A DNA stretch of 60,557 nt from Octopus bimaculoides (GCF_001194135.2 NC_068990.1:74974251-75034807), one strand, 5' to 3'. Positions 1-11,290 are shown, counted from the first letter of the stretch. Notes: a model not told the origin generated them from the letters alone. Numbers and translations are program-made.

Positions 1-39
1 ATATATGCTTTTATTTCTTTGTGTCTATTTTTGTCCAGC

Positions 40-240
40 CCACCATTGCTTGACAACTGGTAATAGTGTGTTTACATCTCTGTAATTTAGCAGTTTGGCA
101 AAAGAAACCAATAGATAAGTACCAAGTTTTAAAAAAAAAATAAGTATTGGTGTCAATTCATTCAAATGAAAATTCTCCATGACAGAGCCCCAGCATGGCC
201 ACAGTGAAATGACAGAAATATGTGAAAGATAGAAGATAAA
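40..240 (+). mobile_element. SINE family B, 3' half
   Basis: ccaccattgcttgacaactgg...ccccagcatggccacagt...; same module at 18200-18400, 40480-40660 and 47780-47930. Confidence 0.75.
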
Positions 241-243
241 AGA

Positions 244-525
244 CAGGCAGATGGCTTCATGGTTAGGGTATTCAGCACATGATCATAAGGTCATGGGTTC
301 AATTCTTGGCAGTGTGTTGTATCCTTAAGCAAGATACTCTATTTTACATACCTGAAATTCAAAGAAGCAGCCTTGTCAAATTTTGTGTCACGCTGAGTGT
401 CCCTGGGATCTACGTTAAGGGTGTGTGTGTTTGTGGAGTGCTTAGCTACTTGCTTGCTAATTTCATGAGCAAGCCATTCCGTTGAGAGAATCAACTAGAA
501 CCCACATCATTGTCATGACTAACAA
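244..525 (+). mobile_element. tRNA-derived SINE family C, degenerate
   Basis: A-box-like tggcttcatggtt, B-box-like gggttcaattct, then gtatccttaagcaagatactc core; its 3' part matches 52015-52075 in reverse. Confidence 0.6.
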
Positions 526-550
526 AATGCCAGTTTTAAATACATATACC

Positions 551-617
551 TGGCCGGCTCCTGTCAAACTGTCCAACCCATGCCAGCACGGAAGGTAGAC
601 TTTAAATGATGATGATA

Positions 618-662
<45 letters not shown>
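551..662 (+). mobile_element. LINE 3' terminus with (GAT)n tail (RTE-like, tentative)
   Basis: gtccaacccatgccagc...taaatgatgatgat; a related motif (tctaacccatgccgg...taaattgatg) followed by GAT-type repeats is at 54858-54990. Confidence 0.4.
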
Positions 663-664
<2 letters not shown>

Positions 665-2979
665 ATATATATATATANNNNNNNNNNNNNNNNNNNNNNN
701 NNNNNNNNNNNNNNNNNNNNNNNNNNNNNNNNNNNNNNNNNNNNNNNNNNNNNNNNNNNNNNNNNNNNNNNNNNNNNNNNNNNNNNNNNNNNNNNNNNNN
801 NNNNNNNNNNNNNNNNNNNNNNNNNNNNNNNNNNNNNNNNNNNNNNNNNNNNNNNNNNNNNNNNNNNNNNNNNNNNNNNNNNNNNNNNNNNNNNNNNNNN
901 NNNNNNNNNNNNNNNNNNNNNNNNNNNNNNNNNNNNNNNNNNNNNNNNNNNNNNNNNNNNNNNNNNNNNNNNNNNNNNNNNNNNNNNNNNNNNNNNNNNN
1001 NNNNNNNNNNNNNNNNNNNNNNNNNNNNNNNNNNNNNNNNNNNNNNNNNNNNNNNNNNNNNNNNNNNNNNNNNNNNNNNNNNNNNNNNNNNNNNNNNNNN
1101 NNNNNNNNNNNNNNNNNNNNNNNNNNNNNNNNNNNNNNNNNNNNNNNNNNNNNNNNNNNNNNNNNNNNNNNNNNNNNNNNNNNNNNNNNNNNNNNNNNNN
1201 NNNNNNNNNNNNNNNNNNNNNNNNNNNNNNNNNNNNNNNNNNNNNNNNNNNNNNNNNNNNNNNNNNNNNNNNNNNNNNNNNNNNNNNNNNNNNNNNNNNN
1301 NNNNNNNNNNNNNNNNNNNNNNNNNNNNNNNNNNNNNNNNNNNNNNNNNNNNNNNNNNNNNNNNNNNNNNNNNNNNNNNNNNNNNNNNNNNNNNNNNNNN
1401 NNNNNNNNNNNNNNNNNNNNNNNNNNNNNNNNNNNNNNNNNNNNNNNNNNNNNNNNNNNNNNNNNNNNNNNNNNNNNNNNNNNNNNNNNNNNNNNNNNNN
1501 NNNNNNNNNNNNNNNNNNNNNNNNNNNNNNNNNNNNNNNNNNNNNNNNNNNNNNNNNNNNNNNNNNNNNNNNNNNNNNNNNNNNNNNNNNNNNNNNNNNN
1601 NNNNNNNNNNNNNNNNNNNNNNNNNNNNNNNNNNNNNNNNNNNNNNNNNNNNNNNNNNNNNNNNNNNNNNNNNNNAGAGAGAGAGAGAGAGAGGGAGAGA
1701 GAGAGAGGGAGAGAGAGAGGGAGAGAGAGAGAGAGAGAGAGATCCTGAAGATGTGATAGGGAGAGAGCGGAGACCATACATCCCGGTTACGAGAAAGTAT
1801 TTATAGGGAAGTGGAACAGGAAATCGGAGAGAGTGAGTGGATGAGTGAGTTTACAAAGTTTCGAAAGTGGGGGGATGTAATGAATGGGCACTGATAAAGG
1901 AGGGGTGATTGGAAGGAAATATCATGGAGAAGGGATTCAACAGGGACATATAATCATAAACGGTTTTGGTATTGGGTCAGACAATTAAATTAAAAACATT
2001 TGTAACCACTGATGAATAAGATAGAAGGAAAATAAGAAAATGATTTCTTATTATATTTACTGTCTCAATTATGATATTTCTTCCCAAAAGTTTCATAGAA
2101 GAAAAATAAGTTCTTGTTTCAGTTCCACCATTTTGTATATCAATGATAATTACTTTGCAGTGAAGGAGATGAAGATGATATTAAAAGTGTGCGAGTGAGG
2201 GAGAGTGGATGGGAGTAGGAGGCAGCTTATGGCAAGATTTTCGGAAATGCAATGCCTCTGCAACACAAGAGATGCTTGTAGATAGTAATTTAGAAAATAT
2301 ATAAAGATGGAATGGTGATGGTTAAAATGTCTTTGTCATAGTGTTGATTGACCAAGGGTTAAACAACAACTGATCAACCGATATAATTTGTTTCCAGGCA
2401 AGCAATAAACGTATTGTTTAAATTCTCTCTGTCGAGCTGTTTTGTTTTCTATTTTGAATTTGTGCTTCTAATCTCTGATATACTTAAATTGTTAAAAAAT
2501 CTTAATAATTAATTCATAATTAAATTCATCAACACCTTATCTCTCCTGTTTCAAAATTCAGCACAGGCGTATAAATAAAATATTGATTGCATCTAATTCA
2601 ATATAGACTGAGCATGTCGAGAGACACCTTCGTTTGTGACATTTTAACAGGTTAATCTGAAGATTGTGTGAGTTTATAATGCAACTTGGCCAATTCTAAA
2701 ATATTGTAAATCAAAATATCATTATTCTCTTCTTCTAATTGCATCAACTGAGACGCTATTGTAAAACGTAATTTAAAGCATCTTCTGAAGAGTTAAACAG
2801 GAACAAAACTGAAGTTGATTCTTTGTAAACAATAGATGATATTTTTACTGTTGAAATGGATTTTATGTAAATAAATGAATAAACGAATAAATAAATGAAT
2901 AAATAAATAAATAAATAAATAAAAAATACGAATCAATAAAAATGAAAGTAAACAAAATAAAGAAAATCTTATTCTTCAT

Positions 2980-3680
2980 CTTTAACTTGTTTCAATCATT
3001 GAACTGCAGCCATGCTGGGGCAGTGCCTTCAATGGTTTAGTCAAACAAATGAACACTGGTATATACATTTTTTTATAATCTGGCATTTATTCCATCAGTC
3101 TCTTATGCTGAACTACTAAGTCACAGAGAGGTAAACAAAGCAATACTGGTTCTCATGTGATGGGAGTGAGGGTTACAAACACATAATGTAAAAAAAAAAC
3201 CTTTTGTCATGAATGACCATGGGATTGCACCTAGAAAGTTCCTCTCCAAGGCACAAGTCTGGGCAAGGTTGTTTATGGAAGACCAGCAGTCACCCATGCA
3301 TACCAGCTTCCCCTCTCCATGCCACCAATGTTATACAATGGAAAGGCAAAGGTCAACACAGCTTGGCAACAGTGACATTGCAACTCATTTCTACAACTGA
3401 GTGAAATGAAGTGTCTTGCTCAAGAACATGACACACAGCCCTGTCTGGAAACTGAATGCATGGTTGTGAGCCAGACATTCTAACCACTGAGACATGCGCC
3501 TACCACAAACTCAAGGACATACACATATATATAAGAGGCTTCCACACAGTTTCCATCTGCCAAAAAGCATTGGTTGTTCTGGAACTGTAAAAGAAGACAC
3601 TTGCCTAAGGTGCTGTGCTTGGGACTCAACCAAACCCTATTGTTGCGAAGCAAACTTCTTGAGCACACAACCATACCAAC
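2980..3680 (-). mobile_element. SINE family B split by a nested SINE D
   Basis: 3' half at 2980-3183 and tRNA/CORE-like 5' half at 3538-3680, both minus strand, separated by another SINE in the internal microsatellite region. Confidence 0.65.
3203..3503 (-). mobile_element. tRNA-derived SINE family D nested in SINE B
   Basis: Minus strand begins ggcgcatgtctcagtggttagaatg (A box) ... gttcttgagcaagacacttcattt (CORE/V-like central motif). Confidence 0.65.
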
Positions 3681-3921
3681 ACCCATAGATACAAGTTCCA
3701 AACAAACTGAGAAAAGGATTTTGGTAAATCATTTATTCGTTGTTATTTAATGCGTTTTTATTTCTTTATTGCTTTGCATTAAAATTTCCAGAAAGGAAAT
3801 TTTTGGTAAAACTTCTTTAATACATTTTGAAATATTTTTGGAGAGTCATTATGCCAACAAGAAACAAAAACACTGATTTGATTTCTCTTATTATTATTAT
3901 TATTATTATTATTTTTATTAC

Positions 3922-3953
<32 letters not shown>

Positions 3954-3965
3954 GCATTATCATTA

Positions 3966-4180
3966 GGGCTGCGAGCTGGCAGAATCATTAGCATGCCGGG
4001 TGAAATGCTTAGCGGTAATTCATCTGTCGTTACATTCTGAGTTCAAATTCCACCGAGGTCGACTTTGACTTTCATCCTTTTAGGGTCGATAAAATTAGTA
4101 CCAGTTACACACTGGAGTCAATGCAATTGACTTAATCCTTTTCCCAAAATTTGAGGTCTTGTGCTTCCAGTAGAAAGGAT
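3966..4180 (+). mobile_element. tRNA-derived SINE family A, full length, (ATT)n tail
   Basis: A box ctggcagaatc, B box gagttcaaattcc, central ctttcatcctt..gggtcgataaa..agtaccag, end agtagaaaggattatt; about 25 related copies in the window. Confidence 0.9.
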
Positions 4181-4197
4181 TATTATTATTATCATTT

Positions 4198-4412
4198 GAA
4201 GATGACAAGCTGGCAGAATTGTTAGCACACCAGGTGAAATGCTTAGTGGGCTTTTGTCTGCCTTGATGTTCTGAGTTCAAATTCAACCAAAGTCAACTTT
4301 GTCTTTCATCCTTTTGAGGTCAAAATTTAAGTACCAGTGAAACACTGTGGTTGATGTAATCGACTTGTTCTTGTCCCCAAATTTCAGGCATTTTGCCTTT
4401 AGTAGAAAGGAT
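4198..4412 (+). mobile_element. SINE family A, head-to-tail after the previous copy
   Basis: Same motifs; starts inside the (ATT) tail of the 3966 copy. Confidence 0.9.
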
Positions 4413-4415
4413 TAT

Positions 4416-4776
4416 TATTACCCCCGCCTTAGGGAAGGTGGTGATGTTGTTTGCAGTTGTGTTTTTTGTCTGTGGACAAGATATCTCAAGAACCGCTGGA
4501 TGGATTCAGATGAAGTTTTCATGGATGTTTGGCCTTGTGACTGACATGAACTGATTAAATTTTGGGGTCGATCTGGTTTCAGACAAAAATTATGGATTAT
4601 TTTTCCTGTTTTTTTGCTTAATTTTTGAAAGCTGTTGGGTTCATTTTTAGTATTCTCGTTTGTGAGAGCAGTAGAGTTTATTTCAGATATTCTCATTTTA
4701 AAAATCATCTCTACCTAATCATTGGGAGGATGATGGTGTTGCCTTGGTGGAGGTTTACACTCACTGAGTGCTCTTG

Positions 4777-4777
<1 letters not shown>
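4416..4777 (+). mobile_element. Non-autonomous Helentron-like (HINE/DINE-1-type) element
   Basis: 5' cccccgccttagg and 3' ccttggtggagg act as degenerate subterminal inverted repeats; 3' hairpin cactca-c-tgagtg at 4758-4770; T-rich flanks. Confidence 0.55.
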
Positions 4778-4823
<46 letters not shown>

Positions 4824-5377
4824 GAGTGAGAGGGCAATGCATACCATCAAGATGACCCTAGGGTACAAATATGTGAAGCCCATTATACCATCATGACTAC
4901 CCATCTGGTAAGGGTACACCAGATACATGCATTACAACCATATGTGCACGAATGATGATCTTATATCAAGATAAACAACACATGACCTTGCAGGTGGGGG
5001 CTCGGTTAGAATTTTCTTCAGGTTGAGTAGCCCATCTTGCTCAAAAAGTCCCTGAATAAGGTTTGTTTTAAGGATGATGAACAAAACACCCATGTTTCCA
5101 GAGGTGATTTATTCAAACCCCAAAGAATTCCTCTCAACACATGGCTATGATGCTTCCCCACTACTTCTGCTCATTATCAGAGATGCACATATCGTCAGCC
5201 ACCAAGGGACATGTTCAACTGGTTAAAGTCAAGCAACTGACAAGCAAATCTGTGGTATTGAGCAGAATATTTGCTGTGGCCCATCTTTTATACCAAGACA
5301 AAACAATGTACATGATAATACTTTTAATCAGTTAAGATCATAGCTATGAGAGCCACTGCCTGGTACTGCATCAGGGC

Positions 5378-5381
<4 letters not shown>
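4824..5381 (-). mobile_element. 558-bp non-coding interspersed element embedded in (TAA)n
   Basis: Reverse-complement match to 60173-60557 and an internal match to 11241-11290; (ATT)n on both sides. Strand is inferred. Confidence 0.85.
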
Positions 5382-5409
<28 letters not shown>

Positions 5410-5411
<2 letters not shown>

Positions 5412-5679
5412 GTTCAGTAGTTTTATTTTTACAACGTGCTTTCACTTCACTACCGAGCACAGCTCTGTGCGCCTTGGGTATGTGCTGTGGTTTGCTGTGA
5501 TGCTCTTATGGTTACTGTATTGAAAGCGTTTTGCGTAGGATGTGTGCAGTGCCCAGTAGTGCAATTTTCTGTATGTTATATATATTTGTAAGTCTTGGTG
5601 TTTTTGTTATGTATTTGTCTGAATATTTTTTTATTATACCTAAGGCACCTACTATAATAGGAATTGTTTCTGTTTTTAG
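5410..5679 (-). mobile_element. R4/Dong-clade non-LTR retrotransposon, 3' fragment
   Basis: 5679-5512 translates LKTETIPIIVGALGIIKKYSDKYITKTPRLTNIYNIQKIALLGTAHILRKTLSIQ*, the typical RLE C-terminus; 3' UTR ends aataaaactactgaacaat+(AAT)n; (TAA)n on both sides. Confidence 0.85.
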
Positions 5680-5701
5680 ATTATTATTATTATCATTTTA
5701 G

Positions 5702-5751
<50 letters not shown>

Positions 5752-5786
5752 CATCATCACCATCATTATTATTATTATTATTATTT

Positions 5787-6002
5787 GAAGGTGGTGAGCT
5801 GGCAGAATCGTTAGCACACCAGGTGAAATACTAAGTGGCATTTTGTCCATCTTGACATTCTGAGTTCAACTTCCGCCGAGGTCAACTTTGCCTTTCATCC
5901 TTTCTGGGGTCAATAAATTAAGTAGCAGTTTCGTATTGGTGTTGATCTAATTGACTGACCCCCTCCCCCAAATTTCAGGTTTTTCCTATAGTAGAAAGGA
6001 TT
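5787..6002 (+). mobile_element. SINE family A, full length
   Basis: Family motifs; starts in an (ATT)n tract. Confidence 0.9.
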
Positions 6003-6011
6003 ATCATTATC

Positions 6012-6110
6012 AAAGGCGGCGAGCTGACAGAAACGTTAGCACGCTGGGCGAAATGCTTAGCGGTATTTCGTCTGCCGCTACGTTCAGAATTGAAATTCCG
6101 CCAAGGTCGA
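6012..6110 (+). mobile_element. SINE family A, 5' half only
   Basis: Head to ...ccgccaaggtcga, then an abrupt junction to the 64-bp tandem repeat. Confidence 0.85.
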
Positions 6111-6470
6111 GGGCCTGTCAGGCGGTTCTGGCAACGACCACGCTCAAAAGGTGTTTTTACGTGCCACCTGCACGAGGTCCAGTCCGGCGGCACTGGCAAC
6201 GACCATGCTCGAATGTTTTTCACGTGCCACCGGCACATGTGCCGGTAAGGCGACGCTGGCAACGATCACGCTCGAATAGTGCTTTTCACGTGTCACCAGC
6301 ACGGGAGCCAATCCGTGGCCCTTGCAACGATCATGCTCGGATATGCTTTTAACGTTCCACTGGCACGAGTGCCAATCAGGCGGTACAGTCATCGGCCACG
6401 AGCGATTTTGATTTGTTTACACTTGCCTCAATAGGTCTTCGCAGGCAAAGTTCATTTTCCAATGAATGAG
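6111..6470. repeat. GC-rich tandem array of four ~64-bp units plus a unique tail (probably part of a TE UTR)
   Basis: ctggcaacgaYcaYgctc...ttttYacgtgccacc recurs at 6128, 6193, 6256, 6321 (periods 65, 63, 65). Confidence 0.85.
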
Positions 6471-6530
6471 GGGTGCACCCATATACACCATATATACACA
6501 CCCATATACACCCATAAACACCATATATAT

Positions 6531-6727
6531 AATCCTGTCTGCAATTTTGGGGAAGGGGACTAGTTGATTACATCGACCTCCAGTACTCAACTGGTACTTA
6601 TTTTATCGACCGTGAAAGGATGAAAGGCAAAGTCGACCTCGGCGGAATTTTAAATCAGAACGTAAGGACGGACAAAATGTCGCTAAGCATTTTGCCCAGC
6701 GTGCTAACGATTCTGCCAGCACGCCGC
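6531..6727 (-). mobile_element. SINE family A
   Basis: Reverse complement of the family motifs. Confidence 0.9.
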
Positions 6728-6744
6728 GTCTACACAATATATAT

Positions 6745-6946
6745 AATCCTTTCTACTATAGGCACAAGGTCTGACATTTAGGGGAGGGGACTAGTCGATT
6801 ACATCGACTCCAGTGTTTCGCTGGTACTTAATATATCGACTCCGAAAGGATGAAAGGCAAAGTCGACCCCGGTGGAATTTGAACTCAGAATATAGCGGCT
6901 AGGAATTTAGCCCGGCGTGCTAACGATTCTGCCAGCTCGCTGCCTT
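6745..6946 (-). mobile_element. SINE family A, tandem with the previous copy
   Basis: aatcctttctact...ctgccagctcgctgcctt. Confidence 0.9.
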
Positions 6947-7384
6947 ACACACCATAGATTCGAATGTGATTTAATTTTACTATTATAGTTGCTTCTCTTT
7001 TTTCTTTCTTTATTTCTTCTACTCTAAATGCGGAAACTATTGTTTTCTTGTATTTCTTCACCGTTATCTTTATTCTTAATGAAGTATGTAGTCTAAATTT
7101 GTTCCTGGTTTTACTGGCCTTCTTTTTTTTTTTTTTGTATAATGAGTAAAATAGCAAGTAGAAGAATATGAATGCCACCAAACTTACGTACCATATTTTC
7201 CGGCATACAAGTCGAGCTTGTATATTGTAAGGACGGACAAAATGTCGCTAAGCATTTTGCCCAGCGAAATCATTCAAATATCATCACCATCTTTCCAAAT
7301 TTTGTGGCATTGCACATGGAATTTTTAGTTCTTCAAAGTCATCTTGGTGTATAAAGTGACTTACCTTTTTTTTCTTGCTTTATT

Positions 7385-7779
7385 TTTTTACCTGTTACAG
7401 TTAGACTGCGGTCATGCTGGGATACTGCCTTGAATTTTTAGCCAAAAGAATCGACCCCAGGACTTATTTTTAAGCCTGGTACCTATTTATCGTCCTCTTT
7501 GCCGAACCGCTATGTTACGGGGATGTAAATACACCAGCCCCAGTTGTCAAGTGGTGATGGGGGAGGGGAGACAAACACACACACACACACACACATACAT
7601 ACATACATACACATATATATAGATACGACAGACTTTCAGTTTAAGTCTACCAAGTCCACTTAAAGCTTTGGTCGATCGGAGGTTATAGTATAAGACATTT
7701 ACCCACGATGTCATGCAGTGGGACTGGTTCCAGAACCATGTGGTTGGGAAGCAAGCTTTTTACCACTCATGTGCCTGTA
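7385..7779 (-). mobile_element. SINE family B, near full length (tRNA head, CORE-like domain, TA/TG hinge, 3' tail)
   Basis: Minus strand: head with gttctggaaccagtcccactgc B-box region, internal (TG)/(TA) tract at 7575-7620, 3' module ...cagcatgaccgcagtc. Confidence 0.8.
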
Positions 7780-8294
7780 AATTTTAGTTTGAAAACTTCC
7801 ACCTATATACCGGAACATACGGTAATAATCACTTTCTGTCATAATAAGCAAAAAAAAAAAAAAATAGGAAGAGAAAATAAAATAAAGAGGCTTTAAAAGC
7901 ATTTACAGCGAAGAATGAATAAACGACATTGAGAAAAATGACCCAGAAAGCGATAAAATAAAACTAGGTTTCTAGCTTCATAAAGAAAAAAAAATAGATA
8001 AAAAAGAGAAAAATGGTGGAAAAAAAAAAGAAGATGAAGAAAACGAAAATAGTGCAAAGTTTGGAGAAGTGATAAACTGTTTGACTAGGATTCATGAGGT
8101 GTCAACTGGCAAAGGTGCTGAAGTGTCATAAAGATGCAAGAGTGTTGAAAAGTACAACAGGTTCATGGTCTAAGAAAGCTGAGGTTAAATGTTACTGGGT
8201 TAAAAAAAAAAAAAAAAAAAANNNNNNNNNNNNNNNNNNNNNNNNNNNNNNNNNNNNNNNNNNNNCAAGGAAAAACAACTGGAAAATAATTTCT

Positions 8295-8385
<91 letters not shown>

Positions 8386-8393
8386 AGTGGTGA

Positions 8394-9135
8394 TAATTTC
8401 TTTCATTTGCCCAAAAGTCGTATGATGAGGGGTACATTATAAGTGCAAGTTACAATGTTCATGTGGGTTTTTACATAAAAATGGGAAGGGAAAAGGGAGG
8501 TGAAGTGGGGAATAAGGAGTGTATGTACATAGTAAAAACATGGATGATGCAATTCGCCTCAGCATCCAGGAGAGCATCTAACTTGGGTCAGTCAAGGAAG
8601 CTCACTGATTGAAGTTCACCCTGATGATCAAGGGCACGGGTGTGGTGTGTGGAGTGTATGTACATAGTAAACACATGGATGATGCAATTCGCCTCAGCAT
8701 CCAGGAGAGCATCTAACTTGGGTCAGTCAAAGAAGCTCACTGATTGAAGTTCACCCTGATGATTAAGGGCACGGGTTCTAATCCAACTATTTACCCCCAA
8801 TCTACAAGAGCATTGCTTAGAGTAGTTTCGATCGTCCTAACCTCTTTAGCCACTGTTATCACCAACCTTTTGACAAATTCGCTGGAGAAGAGCACTTAGT
8901 TTCCTCTCTTACTCGGCTTTTGAAAATGGAATTTGAAAACGTCATTGAGGGCCATTCAATCTCATCCACCATATAAGTGCTTTCACCATAGACACCTTAC
9001 AGAGGCACAGAAGCACTACTTGCCCTGCTTTGTGGAAGGTAGGCAGTGAAATGTTCCCTACAATGGATTCGTAAATATTTGCACACCGTCTGGTAGCTGG
9101 ATGCGTTCTACACACAAGAGTAGTTCGATACAACT
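8394..9135 (-). mobile_element. Probable L1/Tx1-clade LINE 3' end (decayed ORF2 C-terminus plus 3' UTR)
   Basis: Minus-strand pieces ERIQLP..., FHKAGQVVLLCL...VKALIWWMRLNG, ALNDVFKFHFQ...VLFSSEFVKRLVITVAKEVRT recall Tx1-type ORF2 ends (from memory); ends gggcaaatgaaagaaa before a microsatellite. Confidence 0.45.
8516..8776. repeat. Tandem duplication of ~135 bp
   Basis: ggagtgtatgtacatagtaaa...aagggcacgggt at 8516-8641 and 8650-8776, about 3 substitutions. Confidence 0.95.
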
Positions 9136-9144
9136 CCACAAGTC

Positions 9145-9368
9145 GAAGGCAGCGAACTGGCAGAATTTTTAGCACGCTGGACAAAATGCTTAAGCGCCAT
9201 TTTAGCCGGCTTTATACTCTGAGTTCAAATGCTGTTGTCCACGCCAACTGTCTTTCGTCCTTTCCGGCATCAGCGTTGGCGTCGATGTAATCGACAAACC
9301 CCAACTCACAAAAAAGAAATAAATAGATAAATAAATAAATAAATTCAGGCCTTGATCCTGTATTGAAA
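9145..9368 (+). mobile_element. SINE family A, degenerate
   Basis: gaaggcagcgaactggcagaa...gagttcaaatg...gtcgatgtaatcgac. Confidence 0.75.
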
Positions 9369-10263
9369 AAAAAAAAAAAAATCCAAAAGCCAGCAATGCT
9401 CGGACAGGGCATGAGTGTACTATGTAGAGTTTCATCGCTCCGCATGGATCTCAGATCCCGTTTGGCGGCACTACCATGCTTGTAGGATTCTTTTTCTCCA
9501 ACCGTTACTATCTTTCGGGAACATTAAAGCCAAGGTCGTTTGGAAGTTTAGGTGAATACAAGTAAAGCTGCAGTGAGCTCGAATTTTACAATGTAATTGC
9601 CTTGACTCGCAGCATTGAATGCTTCCATCATTAAACGTGTCTTGTGGTTCTTAAACAACAATAACAACAAAAACAACTGCTATTAGTCTTTGCAGTTTTT
9701 AAGGTATTTTGAAGGGATTCCATTTATCTATTCATTTGCTTATTTGTAATTTTATTTCCGATAGAGATAAATAGCGACGTGGAATCGAGATGTCTTTTAC
9801 GTGCTTGCATATAATGTATACTCCCTAAGCCCATCTGGTCATACCAATAACTGTATCATCAAATAACCATTAGTTCTTAATACAATGCAATAAACGTCAT
9901 CGAAGCTTGCATTTTATCTACTTATTTATTAATCCAATTTATTTGTTTTTCTTTTTTTATTATTATTTTGGCTTGTACATGATGCAGTTAGTTTAATCAG
10001 TGTATTCCTTACGTAGATACTCGCAAAACTGCAGCATACACGTATACACAAAATCTCTTCCTATCTCTCTCATTTTTCTTTATCTTTCTCTTCACAGCAA
10101 AAAAGAAAAGAAAATAATCATAAAATTGCTATGTATATAAGTACACAAACACACGCATACACACACACACACACACACACACANNNNNNNNNNNNNNNNN
10201 NNNNNNNNNNNNNNNNNNNNNNNNNNNNNNNNNNNNNNNNNNNNNNNNNNNNNNNNNNNNNNN

Positions 10264-10304
<41 letters not shown>

Positions 10305-10447
10305 AACACATGCACACACACACACACACACACATATATATGCTTACACACGCACATATACAAATTTGCATATGTATATATTTATATCTATGAGTATATA
10401 TACAGGCATGCATAAATGCACACATGTATATATATACTTATACATGC

Positions 10448-10474
<27 letters not shown>

Positions 10475-10487
<13 letters not shown>

Positions 10488-10571
10488 ATCTATATTTTAT
10501 TTACCTATCTATCTATTTATCTATAGATAAATAGATAGATAGGTAAATAAAATATAGATACACACACACAC

Positions 10572-10572
<1 letters not shown>
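10475..10572. repeat. Perfect spacer-less palindrome, 49-bp arms
   Basis: ...tatctatattttatttacctatctatctatttatcta|tagataaatagatagataggtaaataaaatatagata...; centre at 10523/10524. Confidence 0.95.
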
Positions 10573-10603
<31 letters not shown>

Positions 10604-11087
10604 GTGTGTGTGTGTATGTATACGCGCGCACACGCACACATTCAACAAACACAGATACACAAATGTGTTATATACATACATATCTGCGTATTTCGTATTT
10701 AAAAGTCGCTATACATACATACTCATACACTCACACACATTTATGTGTAAATATACGTGTAAATTTTAGTGTGCGTATATATTAATATATGTGCATGAAA
10801 GTGTGCCGAAACTATCTAGGCAACTATAATTCTTTTTATAGAATCTTTGAAGAATCTTGAGAAAGAAATACAAAAATGAAATGTTCTTTGATATTTCTGT
10901 GGATATTCTTTTTCCACATGTAGGGTTATACCATATCATCTTCCTGTTTCTACGTTGTTTATTGCATTCTGTTCCGTGTACTTCAGTTTGTGTCTGGAAC
11001 CAATTCTTGCTAAGGATTTTTTATAGAGTGGGGCAGCTTTAATAAACATTTCTTCATGTTATAGCAAATTTAATATTCTACTAATAC

Positions 11088-11290
11088 TGAGCTGGCAGAA
11101 TAGTTAGCATACAGGGCAAAATGCTTAGCAGCATTTCTCTCGTCTTCCCGTTCTGGGTTCAAATTCCGCCAAGGTCGACTTTGCTTTCATCCTTTCGGGG
11201 GTCGACAAATAAAGTATCAGTAAAACAGTGGGGTCGATGTCAAGCAACTGACAGTCAAATCAGTGGTATTGAGTAGAATATTTGCTATAA
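11088..11290 (+). mobile_element. SINE A (11088-11240) fused to an internal piece of the 558-bp element (11241-11290)
   Basis: ...ggggtcgatgt|caagcaactgacagtcaaatcagtggtattgagtagaatatttgct, matching about 5228-5280. Confidence 0.75.

Noticed and set aside
2651-2667. Possible 17-nt micro-exon (ttttaacag|...|gtgagt)
   Set aside because: Not frame-preserving, weak pyrimidine tract, no partner exons; expected by chance in 60 kb.
6128-6385. CRISPR-like repeat-spacer appearance
   Set aside because: Eukaryotic context, degenerate repeats, mutually related spacers and no cas genes.
8826-8850. SSFDRPNL peptide resembling a RecQ motif
   Set aside because: Isolated 8-mer flanked by stops; the region is better explained as an antisense LINE remnant.
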